A stretch of DNA of 60,160 nucleotides from Candidatus Zhuqueibacterota bacterium (GTDB lineage: Bacteria > BS750m-G25): positions 1 through 60,160 of the forward strand of contig JADHWK010000011.1 in the NCBI GenBank assembly GCA_016783505.1, given 5' to 3'. Positions 7,844 through 17,607 of this stretch are shown in pieces (the stretch's first letter is position 1; each line of letters begins with the position of its first letter). Both the position numbers and the translations under genes were made by a program. The notes beneath the pieces are model-generated. The model searched no databases. It had not been told where the DNA came from and worked only from the letters and a program-made list of their open reading frames with translations.

Positions 7844-8850
7844 AGATTTCAGAGTATCTTAAATCCAATCACATATATCACGGGGATGCCAGGGTGCTTC
7901 TGAAAAAAATAGAGCCTGAAACCGTTGCATTGAGCTTATGGTCACCGCCCTATTTTGTCGGAAAGGATTATGAAAAGGAGTTAACCTTTGACGACTGGAA
8001 GCATCTTCTTCATGAGACCATTGCCCTGCATTACGAAATCCTAAAACCAGGGGGGTTCTTAGCGATAAATATTGCGGATATTCTATGTTTTAAGGATGAA
8101 TCTATGCCAAAAATCATGGCTGAAAATGTCTCAAGAAGAAAAATTGATCTTACAAGAGCACAAATATTAAAAGTAAAAGATAAGAATCCCGACTGGAATC
8201 GCTATAAGCTCGCAGAATACTTTGGTTGTAGTGAACAAACTATAGATAGAAGGCTACACGGAAACAATATACGAGGCGGCAAATATCAAGCCCAGACGAG
8301 AGTTTTCATTGTGGGTGGGCTTATAGAGAGAATGGCTTTAGATGCTGGTTTATATGCTTATGATAGACGTATTTGGGTAAAAGACGCGGCATGGGAAAGC
8401 TCCAGGTGGCATACGATTTCCTATCGGGCCGTTGATGAATTCGAATATTTGTATGTTTTCTGGAAACCTGGCGTAACAAAAGTGGATCGCTCCAGATTAA
8501 CCAAGCAAGAGTGGATCAACTGGGGGTCGAGAGGCATTTGGGAAATCCCTTCCGTGCGAAGCAATGCGGATCATGAATCAAAATTTCCCATTGAATTACC
8601 CAGAAGGGCTATAAAGCTATTTACAGATTCAGAGGATATTGTGCTGGATTGCTTTATTGGAAGTGGAACAACGGCTTTAGCGGCAATAAGTGAAGGGCGA
8701 AGGTATATTGGAATCGATAAAGAAAAGAGGTCGGTAGAAATATCTAGGGCAGCGGTGGCCTCGTATCATGAATATGCCAAAGAGCCTCAACAAATGGAAT
8801 TAATGGTGCAAGAAATAGAAGCCAAATATGAAGCAAAAACCGAAACCTAA
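7831..8850 (+). CDS. N4-cytosine (beta-class) DNA methyltransferase with an internal HTH; cassette 3
   Basis: Motif IV WSPPY precedes motif I LDCFIGSGTT; insert NRYKLAEYFGCSEQTIDRRL; the stop TAA lies inside the attC R'' box. Confidence 0.92.
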   Translation: MAVVKISEYLKSNHIYHGDARVLLKKIEPETVALSLWSPPYFVGKDYEKELTFDDWKHLLHETIALHYEILKPGGFLAINIADILCFKDESMPKIMAENVSRRKIDLTRAQILKVKDKNPDWNRYKLAEYFGCSEQTIDRRLHGNNIRGGKYQAQTRVFIVGGLIERMALDAGLYAYDRRIWVKDAAWESSRWHTISYRAVDEFEYLYVFWKPGVTKVDRSRLTKQEWINWGSRGIWEIPSVRSNADHESKFPIELPRRAIKLFTDSEDIVLDCFIGSGTTALAAISEGRRYIGIDKEKRSVEISRAAVASYHEYAKEPQQMELMVQEIEAKYEAKTET

Positions 8851-8916
8851 CAACAGCTTGCAGTTGACCGCTCCTCTGCTACGCTCCACAGTGGCAACTG
8901 AAGCTGGGCGTTATGC
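8845..8916 (+). other. attC site (72 bp)
   Basis: ACCTAAC-AACAGCTTGCAGTTGAC...GGCAACTGAAGCTGGGC-GTTATGC, a canonical hairpin with extrahelical bases. Confidence 0.95.
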
Positions 8917-8942
8917 TGTATATTAAAATTTAGAGGTTAATC

Positions 8943-10241
8943 ATGGCATCTAAAATTATTTTAACGGATGAAGAAATAATCACATGCCCTCAATGTTCAA
9001 ATAAATTTTCATTACATCAAGGTATTACGAGACAGACACTTGATAAATATGAAGAAGAATTTAATAATGAAATTAAGGAACAGAGTAAAAGATCAGAAGA
9101 AAGAATACGTGCTGAGTTAGAAAAACAATTGAAATCTGTCTATTCTGTTGAAGTTCAAGAACTCAAGGATAAATTATCAGATAAAGAAGCAATATTAAAT
9201 CGAGCAAGAATCAAGTTTAAAAATTTGCAAACGGAAGAACGCAAAAAACTCGAAGAGGAATTTGAATTAGAGAAAAAAAGCTACTTCGAAGAAATATCAA
9301 GAAAAGACTCAGAATTGAAGAAATTTAGGGAGCAAGAGATAGAATTGAGAAATGAAAAACGTAAACTTGAAGATGACAAAAAGAATATGGAGTTAGAAGT
9401 TCAAAGAAAAATTGATACAGAAAAAGATAAAATGTATGAACAAATATCAAAAGATATATCTGATAAATTTCGACTAAAAGAATCAGAATATCAAAAGAAG
9501 TTGAGCGATGCCCAAAGAGCTAATGAAGAACTTGAAAGAAAATTAAAGCAAGGATCACAACAACTTCAAGGAGAAGTGTTAGAGCTCGAGATAGAAAAAT
9601 TATTATATACAGAATTCCCCCTCGATAATATCAATCCTGTTAAAAAAGGGGAACGTGGTGCTGATATTTTACAAGAAGTATGCACGCCGACTGGTCAAAT
9701 TTGTGGTACTATAATATGGGAAGCCAAAAATCAAAAAAATTGGTCTGATAAATGGATTCAAAAATTAAAGGATGATCAAATAGAAGTCAATGCCGAAATT
9801 GCTGTTATTGTAAGTTCTTCCTTGCCTAAAGATATGCAAGAATTATTTGAACGTAGAGATGATATTTGGATTTCAAGCGATAAAGTAGTTAAACCAGTAG
9901 CTCATTCCTTACGATTAATGTTACTTGAAATGAATAAAATAAAGATGGTAAGTGCAGGTAAAAGCGAAAAAATGGAATTGTTGTATGATTATTTATGTAG
10001 CCATCAATTCACACAAAAAGTAAAAGGAGTCATAGAGACTTTCGTAAATATGAAAACAGAATTAGATCAAGAAAAAAATGCTTTTCAAAGAATTTGGAAA
10101 AAACGTGAAAGTCAAATTGATAGAGTAGTTAATAATATGAGTAGTATGATAGGTGAATTGCAAGGTATTGCACAGCATTCAATTCCACAATTAGAGGATA
10201 TACAACCTCTGTTATTGCCAGTTTCTGATGATGAGTTATAG
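8943..10241 (+). CDS. DUF2130-family coiled-coil protein with a putative C-terminal nuclease-like domain; cassette 4
   Basis: ITCPQC, long coiled coil, GSQQLQGEVLELEIE, GADILQ, GTIIWEAKN and WIQKLKDDQ motifs. Confidence 0.88.
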   Translation: MASKIILTDEEIITCPQCSNKFSLHQGITRQTLDKYEEEFNNEIKEQSKRSEERIRAELEKQLKSVYSVEVQELKDKLSDKEAILNRARIKFKNLQTEERKKLEEEFELEKKSYFEEISRKDSELKKFREQEIELRNEKRKLEDDKKNMELEVQRKIDTEKDKMYEQISKDISDKFRLKESEYQKKLSDAQRANEELERKLKQGSQQLQGEVLELEIEKLLYTEFPLDNINPVKKGERGADILQEVCTPTGQICGTIIWEAKNQKNWSDKWIQKLKDDQIEVNAEIAVIVSSSLPKDMQELFERRDDIWISSDKVVKPVAHSLRLMLLEMNKIKMVSAGKSEKMELLYDYLCSHQFTQKVKGVIETFVNMKTELDQEKNAFQRIWKKRESQIDRVVNNMSSMIGELQGIAQHSIPQLEDIQPLLLPVSDDEL

Positions 10242-10248
10242 ATAATCA

Positions 10249-10378
10249 GCATAACAAAAATTTCAACCTGACTGGAACAGCGATTGGCGAATTTGATTTT
10301 TCGGTACTCGCAATACGTTTTCAAAAATATTGAAATACAATGCGTCGTATGTTCCAGCAGGTTATTTTCACGTTATAC
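10249..10378 (+). other. attC site (130 bp)
   Basis: GCATAAC...TTCAACCTGACTGGAACA pairs with TGTTCCAGCAGGTTA...; R' GTTATAC at 10372. Confidence 0.92.
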
Positions 10379-10397
10379 GCGTAAATAGAGGGCTAAA

Positions 10398-11198
10398 ATG
10401 AATCCTGAATTTTGGCGCAATTTTTTCCAATGGATGATGTACATTGCCACTGCATTTATTCTAATTGGTACCATTGGTGTAAATATTTTTACTAAGAAAA
10501 TTGAAAAACTTGAAAAAGATAAAACAGCATTACTTGAAAGGCAGCGTGATGCTGAAATAGAAAAAAATATAAAAAATACAGAAAAACTATTAACACTGAA
10601 TACTTTCCTTGGGGGAATTGATAATCCCGTTGAAAAGCTGTTCTTAATAATTGACTTTTATCGGTCCTGCACAGTTGAAGAACTACAAGGATTTGTATGT
10701 TATTTAAACTTCCATAAAATAAATAGGACTTATGAATTTAAAGTTAGTCACGCAATGAAACATCCTGAAAATGAAATGAGATTATTCTTGAAACAAAAAT
10801 CTGTAAATAGTGGAGAATGGAACTCTAATCCATCTATTATGCAAGCTTTCCACAATAGAGCTGAAACTTCATTTTTAGCATTCGATCTTTGGTACTTTTT
10901 AAAAGAGAAACCGAAAGGATTAAAAATAAGAGATTTAAATTCAGCATTTTTCGAAATTGCTGTTAGCAAGAAACACTCCAATTTAATAAAAGAATTTCAA
11001 ATCAATGTAAATGACTGGACAATAATACATAGAAATTGTATTGATAATAATTGGAAAGATTATAAGTCAGATTGGTTGCCTTCCGATAAAATTGAACTCG
11101 GAGCATATTACTATCGTGATTTTCAAAATAGAGAAATAATAACGCAAAGAATTGATTTTTTCCAAGAAGGTGCCTCTCGTTATTATGTTATGTTTTAA
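10398..11198 (+). CDS. Hypothetical protein with an N-terminal membrane anchor; cassette 5
   Basis: 266-aa ORF filling the cassette; TM segment MMYIATAFILIGTIGVNIF, then a short coiled coil; no recognised domain. Confidence 0.8.
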   Translation: MNPEFWRNFFQWMMYIATAFILIGTIGVNIFTKKIEKLEKDKTALLERQRDAEIEKNIKNTEKLLTLNTFLGGIDNPVEKLFLIIDFYRSCTVEELQGFVCYLNFHKINRTYEFKVSHAMKHPENEMRLFLKQKSVNSGEWNSNPSIMQAFHNRAETSFLAFDLWYFLKEKPKGLKIRDLNSAFFEIAVSKKHSNLIKEFQINVNDWTIIHRNCIDNNWKDYKSDWLPSDKIELGAYYYRDFQNREIITQRIDFFQEGASRYYVMF

Positions 11199-11206
11199 TA
11201 ATTCGC

Positions 11207-11393
11207 CCATAACACAGCAATGCAGGGGATGCGACCGCCCCCTTTCATTCGTTATTTTCGGTTTGGCCTACGGTCGGTTACAGCGTTCATTTATATTGCA
11301 TGAATTGGGTTTCGTTTCATTGTTTTTGTAAGTTAAGGTTTTTTGTTCAGGTCGGTTCGTGGTTGGTCGCACCCCTGATCGCCAACGTTAATC
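11207..11393 (+). other. attC site (long, 187 bp), last in the array
   Basis: CCATAAC...ATGCAGGGGATGCGACC pairs with GGTCGCACCCCTGAT...; R' GTTAATC at 11387. Confidence 0.9.
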
Positions 11394-11454
11394 AGCTCAT
11401 TTCTTTTGCCTAATTCAATTGGTTCCATCAATAGTTTAAACTTATAGGAAAAAA

Positions 11455-12771
11455 ATGTTAGAACGCTACACCCTTCCCGAAATGGGGGAGGTTTGGTCGG
11501 AAGAACATAAGTTTGAAACCTGGCTCCGGGTGGAAATTGCCGTCTGTGAAGCCCAGGCCGAAATGGGGTTAATCCCGAAAGAAGCGGTTTCCGTCATCAG
11601 GGAAAAAGCTGCATTTGACGTTGGGCGAATTCAGGAGATCGAAGAAAAGGTCAATCACGACGTCATCGCCTTCCTGACCAACGTGGCCGAAAACGTGGGT
11701 GCCGAGGCCCGGTATGTTCATCTGGGGATGACCTCTTCGGATGTCCTGGATACAGCTTCGGCCCTGAGGTTACAGGAAGCCGGTGACATTATTTCAAGAA
11801 AAATAGAGTCTCTGAAAAGCCTGCTGGCCGGAAAAGCCCTTCAATATCGTGACAGGGTCATGATCGGCCGTACCCACGGGATGCATTCAGAGCCCATTAC
11901 CCTGGGTCTCAAATTCGCCGTCTATTTCTATGAAATGGGTCGTAACATCCAGCGTTTCCAAAGGGCACTGGACGGGATTTCTTTCGGCAAGATCTCCGGG
12001 GCGGTGGGCACTTTTGCTTTCTTAGACCCCAGCATAGAGGAGAAGACCTGTTCCCTTTTGGGTCTGAAGCCGGCTCCCATATCCACCCAGGTCCTGCAAC
12101 GGGACCGTCATGCTGAATTTTTAACAACGCTGGCCATTATTGCCGGTTCGCTTGAAAAAATCGCCACCGAGATCAGGAATTTGCAGCGGACGGAAATTCT
12201 GGAGGTGGAAGAGCCCTTCGGCAAAGGTCAGAAAGGCTCCTCAGCCATGCCCCATAAACGGAACCCTATCACCTGCGAACGGATCGTCGGCTTAGCCCGG
12301 ATGGTCCGGGCCAACGCTATGGTTGCCTTAGAGAATATCGCCCTGTGGCATGAGCGGGATCTCACCCATTCTTCGGCCGAGAGGATCATCTTCCCCGATA
12401 CCACTATTCTTATTGATTACATGCTGGAAAAAACGATCGCTGTTTTAGAAAACCTGACGGTTTATCCGGAGAACATGGAGGCCAATCTTAACCTACTGAA
12501 TGGTCTCATTTTCTCCCAGGCGGTGCTGTTAGCCCTGGTAAAAAAAGGGATGGACCGGGAAGGGGCATACCGAATAGTGCAGCGGAACGCCATGGCGGCT
12601 TCTCGAGCCCGGGAAAATTTTAAAGAGAAAATATCGGGGGATAAAACCATAAAGAAATTATTAACTCTTGAAGAGATAGAAGATTGTTTTGACCTGAAAA
12701 CACACTTGAGAAACATAGACCGGATTTATGAGAGAGCAGGGTTAGGTAGCGTAAATCAGCGGGGTGGATAG
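11455..12771 (+). CDS. purB: Adenylosuccinate lyase
   Basis: HLGMTSSD, GRTHG and GSSAMPHKRNP signatures. Confidence 0.98.
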   Translation: MLERYTLPEMGEVWSEEHKFETWLRVEIAVCEAQAEMGLIPKEAVSVIREKAAFDVGRIQEIEEKVNHDVIAFLTNVAENVGAEARYVHLGMTSSDVLDTASALRLQEAGDIISRKIESLKSLLAGKALQYRDRVMIGRTHGMHSEPITLGLKFAVYFYEMGRNIQRFQRALDGISFGKISGAVGTFAFLDPSIEEKTCSLLGLKPAPISTQVLQRDRHAEFLTTLAIIAGSLEKIATEIRNLQRTEILEVEEPFGKGQKGSSAMPHKRNPITCERIVGLARMVRANAMVALENIALWHERDLTHSSAERIIFPDTTILIDYMLEKTIAVLENLTVYPENMEANLNLLNGLIFSQAVLLALVKKGMDREGAYRIVQRNAMAASRARENFKEKISGDKTIKKLLTLEEIEDCFDLKTHLRNIDRIYERAGLGSVNQRGG

Positions 12772-13503
12772 ATGGAAAAATTGGATCTTTTTTTAGAGGG
12801 AAGGACCAAGCGGCTTTATAGGACGGATAATGAAAACTTCTTGATCCTAGAGTTTAAGGACAATGCCACTGCCTTTGACGGTCAAAAGAAGGGAAAGATC
12901 GAGGGAAAGGGAGCAATAAACAATCAGATTTCCTCTCATTTGTTTAAATATCTTGAAAGCCACCACGTGGCTACCCACTTTGATCGCAGTGTCTCGCCTA
13001 CAGAGATGCTGGTTAAAAAAGTGGAGATTATCCCCATCGAGGTGGTGGTTCGCAATGTGGTGAGCGGACGCATGGTGACCCTGTATGGGTGGAAGGAGGG
13101 GGAAGAACTGAAGTGTCCGGTGGTGGAATACTATCTTAAGGATAATTCTCTTTCCGATCCCATGATCAACGAAAGCCACGTCATGGCTTTTGAACTGGCT
13201 GAGGCTGAGGAGGTAAAGGCCTTAAACCGCATTGCCCGTAAGGTTAACGTAATTCTGCGGCCCTTTTTCGACCGTCGGGAACTGTTGTTGGTAGATTTCA
13301 AATTGGAATTCGGCCGTCACAAAAATTATCTTCTGGTGGCAGATGAGATCTCCCCGGATACCTGCCGGATCTGGGACAAAAAAAGCAAAAAAAAATTGGA
13401 TAGGGATCGTTTTCGCAAGGACATGGGTGGGGTGAAAGATGCCTACCAGGAAGTTTTGACCCGGATTGTGGGAGCTGAATCCTCTCAATCTGTAATAACT
13501 TAA
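12772..13503 (+). CDS. purC: SAICAR synthetase
   Basis: FKDNATAFDG, IPIEVVVRN, LVDFKLEFG and ADEISPDTCRIWD motifs. Confidence 0.97.
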   Translation: MEKLDLFLEGRTKRLYRTDNENFLILEFKDNATAFDGQKKGKIEGKGAINNQISSHLFKYLESHHVATHFDRSVSPTEMLVKKVEIIPIEVVVRNVVSGRMVTLYGWKEGEELKCPVVEYYLKDNSLSDPMINESHVMAFELAEAEEVKALNRIARKVNVILRPFFDRRELLLVDFKLEFGRHKNYLLVADEISPDTCRIWDKKSKKKLDRDRFRKDMGGVKDAYQEVLTRIVGAESSQSVIT

Positions 13504-13510
13504 CTCAACG

Positions 13511-14149
13511 ATGGCCAGGGAAGGTCGAAAAATTATCTTTATTGCCCTTGGATTTTTCTTTATTTTCGGTCTATTGGCGGGAGTAAAGGGAGGCATTTTC
13601 TGGATGGGGGGTTCCATTTTTTTCTGTCTCGCTTTCCTGTTTGTCCTCTTCTTTTTTCGGGACCCAGAACGGGAGGTTATCCCCGATCCCAGGGTTATTT
13701 TAGCCCCGGCTGATGGCCGGGTGGTCCATGTAGGCGATTTCTTTGACGAACGATTTTTAAAGGGCGAAGCGAAGAAGGTGGATGTCTTTATGTCCCTTTT
13801 CAACGTTCACATCAATAGGATCCCCATGTCAGGAACGGTCCGATTATTGCAACATCTACCCGGTTCATTCTATTCAGCTTTCCGTCCCCAGGCATCCGAG
13901 CGAAATGAGCAGATGCTCATCGGCATTCAAAATGGGGAAACCCGGGTGCTCCTTAAACAGGTAGCCGGCGTTATGGCCCGACGGATCGTCTGCCGATTGC
14001 AGGAGGGGGAAGGGGTGTGTCAAGGGGAACGTTTTGGGATGATCAAATTCGGTTCCAGGGTGGAAGTCGTCTTACCCAAATCTACTATATTAAGGGTTAA
14101 GGTGGGGGATCGGACCAGGGGGGGCGAAACAATTTTAGGAGAATTATAA
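13511..14149 (+). CDS. psd: Phosphatidylserine decarboxylase proenzyme
   Basis: FFRDPER, APADG, NVHINR and FGSRV autocleavage motifs. Confidence 0.95.
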   Translation: MAREGRKIIFIALGFFFIFGLLAGVKGGIFWMGGSIFFCLAFLFVLFFFRDPEREVIPDPRVILAPADGRVVHVGDFFDERFLKGEAKKVDVFMSLFNVHINRIPMSGTVRLLQHLPGSFYSAFRPQASERNEQMLIGIQNGETRVLLKQVAGVMARRIVCRLQEGEGVCQGERFGMIKFGSRVEVVLPKSTILRVKVGDRTRGGETILGEL

Positions 14150-14151
14150 TA

Positions 14152-14889
14152 ATGAAGTACACCAAACAGATCGTGCCTAGTTTGTTTACGGTGGGCAATC
14201 TGGGCTTTGGCTTTTGGGCGGTGACCAAGGTCCTGACGGGAAGCTTTGAAGCAGCAGCATTTCTAATCATCATCGCTTCCATCTGCGATGGACTCGACGG
14301 GAAAGTAGCCCGCTATGTGAAGGGGCAATCCCAGTTTGGAGTAGAGTTTGATTCCATAGTGGACGCCATTTCCTTCGGGCTGGCACCCGCCATTTTACTC
14401 TATCAGTGGTATTTTTATCAATGGGGTAAGTGGGGGGTACTTGTTTGTTTTTTCTATTTGCTATGTGTGTGTTACCGACTGGCCCGTTACAACGTTCTGC
14501 AGACCGGGTACCCCCAGAAAAGATATCTGGGGCTACCCACCCCGGCAGCGGCTATTACCTTAGCTTCCTTTGTGTTGTTCAATTTTGAATACTGGGATCA
14601 GGTCATTTTGGACCGGATTCTATTAGGCTTAATGGTGATACTGGCCCTCTTGATGGTCAGCCATGTCCGCTATGATGCCCTCCCCAAGCTGAGCTTTAAG
14701 GAATCAAAGAAGAATGTTTGGAATCTCCTTTTACTTTGCTTGGCAGTTATTGCGGTTGCTCTTTATCCTCGCAAGGTTTTCTTTCCCATTATGTCCGGGT
14801 ATATCCTCTTTGGGATGGTAAGATGGTCGGTGCATTTTATCCGGAAGCGCCCCTTTGAAGAAGCGGAACAGAAAAAGGTGATACCATAA
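14152..14889 (+). CDS. pssA: CDP-diacylglycerol--serine O-phosphatidyltransferase
   Basis: DGLDGKVAR...G...DSIVDAISFG CDP-alcohol phosphotransferase motif, GLPTPAAA; adjacent to psd. Confidence 0.93.
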   Translation: MKYTKQIVPSLFTVGNLGFGFWAVTKVLTGSFEAAAFLIIIASICDGLDGKVARYVKGQSQFGVEFDSIVDAISFGLAPAILLYQWYFYQWGKWGVLVCFFYLLCVCYRLARYNVLQTGYPQKRYLGLPTPAAAITLASFVLFNFEYWDQVILDRILLGLMVILALLMVSHVRYDALPKLSFKESKKNVWNLLLLCLAVIAVALYPRKVFFPIMSGYILFGMVRWSVHFIRKRPFEEAEQKKVIP

Positions 14890-14893
14890 AATC

Positions 14894-15154
14894 ATGCTAG
14901 CAAAAATCTACATTACATTGAAAGATGGAATCTTAGACCCCCCCGGGAAAACCGTACAACAGGCCTTGACTTCCCTGGGTTATGCCAACGTAGAAGATGT
15001 GCGGATCGGGAAGTACGTTCTGGTTCGTTTTAAGAACGGGGAGCGGACTGATCTTGAAGATCAGACCCGGCAGATGTGCGAGAAACTGTTGGCTAACCCG
15101 GTTATTGAAAGTTTTTCCTTTGAAATTGTTGAAAACCCGGAAAGGGAGAAATGA
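14894..15154 (+). CDS. purS: FGAM synthase subunit PurS
   Basis: [13 protein letters not shown] and [12 protein letters not shown] motifs. Confidence 0.96.
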   Translation: MLAKIYITLKDGILDPPGKTVQQALTSLGYANVEDVRIGKYVLVRFKNGERTDLEDQTRQMCEKLLANPVIESFSFEIVENPEREK

Positions 15155-15840
15155 GATTTGGGGTCGTTGTTTTTCCAGGGTCCAATTGTGACCATGACTG
15201 CTATTATGTGTTGAAAAACGTCTTAGGGCAGGACGTTTCATTCGTTTGGCATAAAGAAACCCTCCTGGAGAAATTTGACGGTATCGTCCTTCCGGGGGGG
15301 TTTTCTTATGGGGATTATCTACGTACGGGGGCTGTCGCCAGGTTTTCACCCATTATGGAGGAAATTAGCCGCTATGTTCGCGGTGGAGGATCTGTTCTTG
15401 GTATATGTAACGGCTTTCAGATCCTCTTGGAGTGTGGGTTATTACCCGGGGCCATGTTGCCTAACTCCAACCTCAAGTTTATCTGTAAAAATGTACACCT
15501 GCGGGTGGAAAATACTCTCTCCAATTTTACCCATAATTTCCGGGAGGGCGAGGTTTTAAAAATGCCCATAGCCCACGCAGAAGGCAATTATTACGTAGAC
15601 AAGGAAACCCTGAAAGGGTTAGAAGACAGGGGGCAGATCGTCTTTCGGTATTGTACCCCGGACGGTGAAGTGGTGAGCTCAGCCAATCCCAACGGATCGG
15701 TGGAAAACATAGCGGGCATCTGCGACCAAAGGGGCCGGGTATTGGGTATGATGCCCCATCCTGAGCGATGTGCCGAGGGGATCCTCGGGGGCGTTGACGG
15801 ACGGAAAATCTTTGAATCCTGGCTACAAACTGTAAAGTGA
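15151..15840 (+). CDS. purQ: FGAM synthase glutaminase subunit PurQ
   Basis: [25 protein letters not shown] and MMPHPER motifs. Confidence 0.98.
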   Translation: MRFGVVVFPGSNCDHDCYYVLKNVLGQDVSFVWHKETLLEKFDGIVLPGGFSYGDYLRTGAVARFSPIMEEISRYVRGGGSVLGICNGFQILLECGLLPGAMLPNSNLKFICKNVHLRVENTLSNFTHNFREGEVLKMPIAHAEGNYYVDKETLKGLEDRGQIVFRYCTPDGEVVSSANPNGSVENIAGICDQRGRVLGMMPHPERCAEGILGGVDGRKIFESWLQTVK

Positions 15841-16024
15841 GCTGCGAAATGATGGAGAAATGGATTATTGCCTGCCCCGTCCGCCGTGCCCGACTAGGGT
15901 AGGAGGCTATGCTCCCAGGGGATAAAAATTTTCCTTTCTTTTTTCATTTGTCCATCCCAAATTGACTTAAGATTCCATAGTTTGCCGATTTGTTTTTTAA
16001 AGATTTTTAGCATGGAATAAATTT

Positions 16025-16291
16025 ATGATGAGAAAAAGATCTATCTTTATTGTTTTCCTGATTTTGATTCTGGGTGCGGTGTTGGGATCGGTGATGGGGG
16101 AGGTTATTGGCCTGGTGCTGCCCGAGGGGGTCGTCAAGCAGGTTTTTATCAAGGGTCTAAAATTCGAGATAGGTCCAATTACAGTTGATTTAGTTATGTT
16201 CACCTTTACCATAGGGTTTAGCTTAAAGCTGAACTTTATTAGCGTGCTTGGGATTGGAATTAGCGCCTACCTGTTAAAATGGTATCGGTAA
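16025..16291 (+). CDS. DUF4321-like small membrane protein
   Basis: LILGAVLGSVMGEVIG...TVDLVMFTFTIGFSLKLN pattern. Confidence 0.75.
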   Translation: MMRKRSIFIVFLILILGAVLGSVMGEVIGLVLPEGVVKQVFIKGLKFEIGPITVDLVMFTFTIGFSLKLNFISVLGIGISAYLLKWYR

Positions 16292-16301
16292 TTGTGTAAA
16301 A

Positions 16302-17063
16302 ATGACTACCACTAAAACCCGGGAAAAGGGGGAAAAAAAACGAGGTGAAAAGGTAATGTCCTTTGTTGACCACCTGGAAGAACTCCGCCTCCGATTGATT
16401 TATATAATTGTTGGCCTGGTGGTTGCCGCCGTCATATGTTTCATCTTTGCCGGTCGGATCCAGGAAGTTCTGGTCCAGCCCTATTTCAGGGAGGGGGACT
16501 CCTCCCTGGCACTACTCAATCCCACCGAGGGTTTCCTGGTTCAGCTAAAAATCTCTTTGATCGCCGGGTTTTTTCTGGCCTTGCCCTTCATCTTCTATCA
16601 CTTCTGGCACTTTGTGGCCCCAGGTCTCTTGCAAAAAGAAAAGAAATATGTCCTGCCTATCATTTTTTTTTCCACCCTTTCTTTTTTGTTGGGGGGGGTG
16701 TTCGCCTATCATATCTTACCCTACGCTACCCGTTTTTTCCAATCTTTTTCTTCTAATGGGATCGTCAATACCTGGTCTCTGGGAAAATACGTCGGATTTA
16801 TTGCCCGGTTAATGCTGGCTTTTGGGGTGGTCTTTGAACTGCCCATCGTCATCTTTTTCCTGGCCAAAGTGGGCGTAGTTAGTCCCCAGTTTTTAAAGCA
16901 GAAACGGAAACATGTCATTGTCCTTTTTTTTGTCATGGCGGCGGTGATTACCCCACCGGATGTTTTTACCCAGTTAATCTTAGTGGCCCCTTTAATAATC
17001 CTATTTGAGATCAGCATTCTGTTGGCCAAATTAGCCTATCCGAAAGAGGAAACCAGTGGATAG
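16302..17063 (+). CDS. tatC: Twin-arginine translocase subunit TatC
   Basis: DHLEELRLRL, FVAPGL, FELP and AAVITPPD motifs. Confidence 0.97.
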   Translation: MTTTKTREKGEKKRGEKVMSFVDHLEELRLRLIYIIVGLVVAAVICFIFAGRIQEVLVQPYFREGDSSLALLNPTEGFLVQLKISLIAGFFLALPFIFYHFWHFVAPGLLQKEKKYVLPIIFFSTLSFLLGGVFAYHILPYATRFFQSFSSNGIVNTWSLGKYVGFIARLMLAFGVVFELPIVIFFLAKVGVVSPQFLKQKRKHVIVLFFVMAAVITPPDVFTQLILVAPLIILFEISILLAKLAYPKEETSG

Positions 17064-17116
17064 CCATAAAACAGGTGGTTTTCCACCCCAATTTAATGGG
17101 TTATCATTACCAAATT

Positions 17117-17301
17117 GTAGCCACAGGCTTCATGCCCGCGTGTGGTAAATCCGCACCCCGAAGATTCGGGGTGCGACTACGAGCATTTTTTGATTCTTAT
17201 GGGTTAATGTTATCAAGTTGTAGCCGCAGTCCCTGCTCCCGATGGATGTTGTCATCCATCGGCAACCGAAAGGGAAAAGGCTGTCCCGAACCTTTGGGAC
17301 A
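17117..17301. repeat. REP-like palindrome cluster
   Basis: GTAGCCACAGG...CGCACCCCGAAGATTCGGGGTGCGACTAC (17117-17180); a second GTAGCCGCA at 17220; hairpins CCGATGGATG/CATCCATCGG and TGTCCC/GGGACA. Confidence 0.6.
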
Positions 17302-17607
17302 ACATACCCGCCGAACTCCATAGGGATGACAACATCTTACCATTTCCGCACTCCACTTTCATTACTGTTAGAATTACAAAAACATTTAATTTGCCTGCAC
17401 AAAAGATAAAAACTCTATTTTGATACTCTAAATGTGGTCTTACTCTGAAATTCGGTCTCGACTTATGAGTGATGAGATCAGTAGGTTGAAGTGGTGCGGC
17501 ATTATTTGCAAATGATAAAAGATAACGGATAGTTAAATGCTTTTGTCTCCTTATTCGAGCAGGAGGGATTAAAGGAGGCGGCACGGATAGATCGTAAAAT
17601 TAAGGGG

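Larger units (their letters stand above)
2866..11393 (+). mobile_element. Chromosomal integron (integrase co-oriented with cassettes) with five cassettes, between degP and purB
   Basis: intI remnant, attI-like sites ending in GTTRRRY, four complete attC hairpins. Each cassette opens with a GTTRRRY whose complement closes it: GTTGGGC/GCCCAAC, GTTATGC/GCATAAC, GTTAGGC/ACCTAAC, GTTATGC/GCATAAC, and GTTATAC/CCATAAC (imperfect). Confidence 0.92.

Noticed and set aside
17075-17584. Short ORFs 17075-17323, 17130-17321 and 17252-17584
   Set aside because: They run through REP-like palindromes and have no recognisable motifs or RBS.
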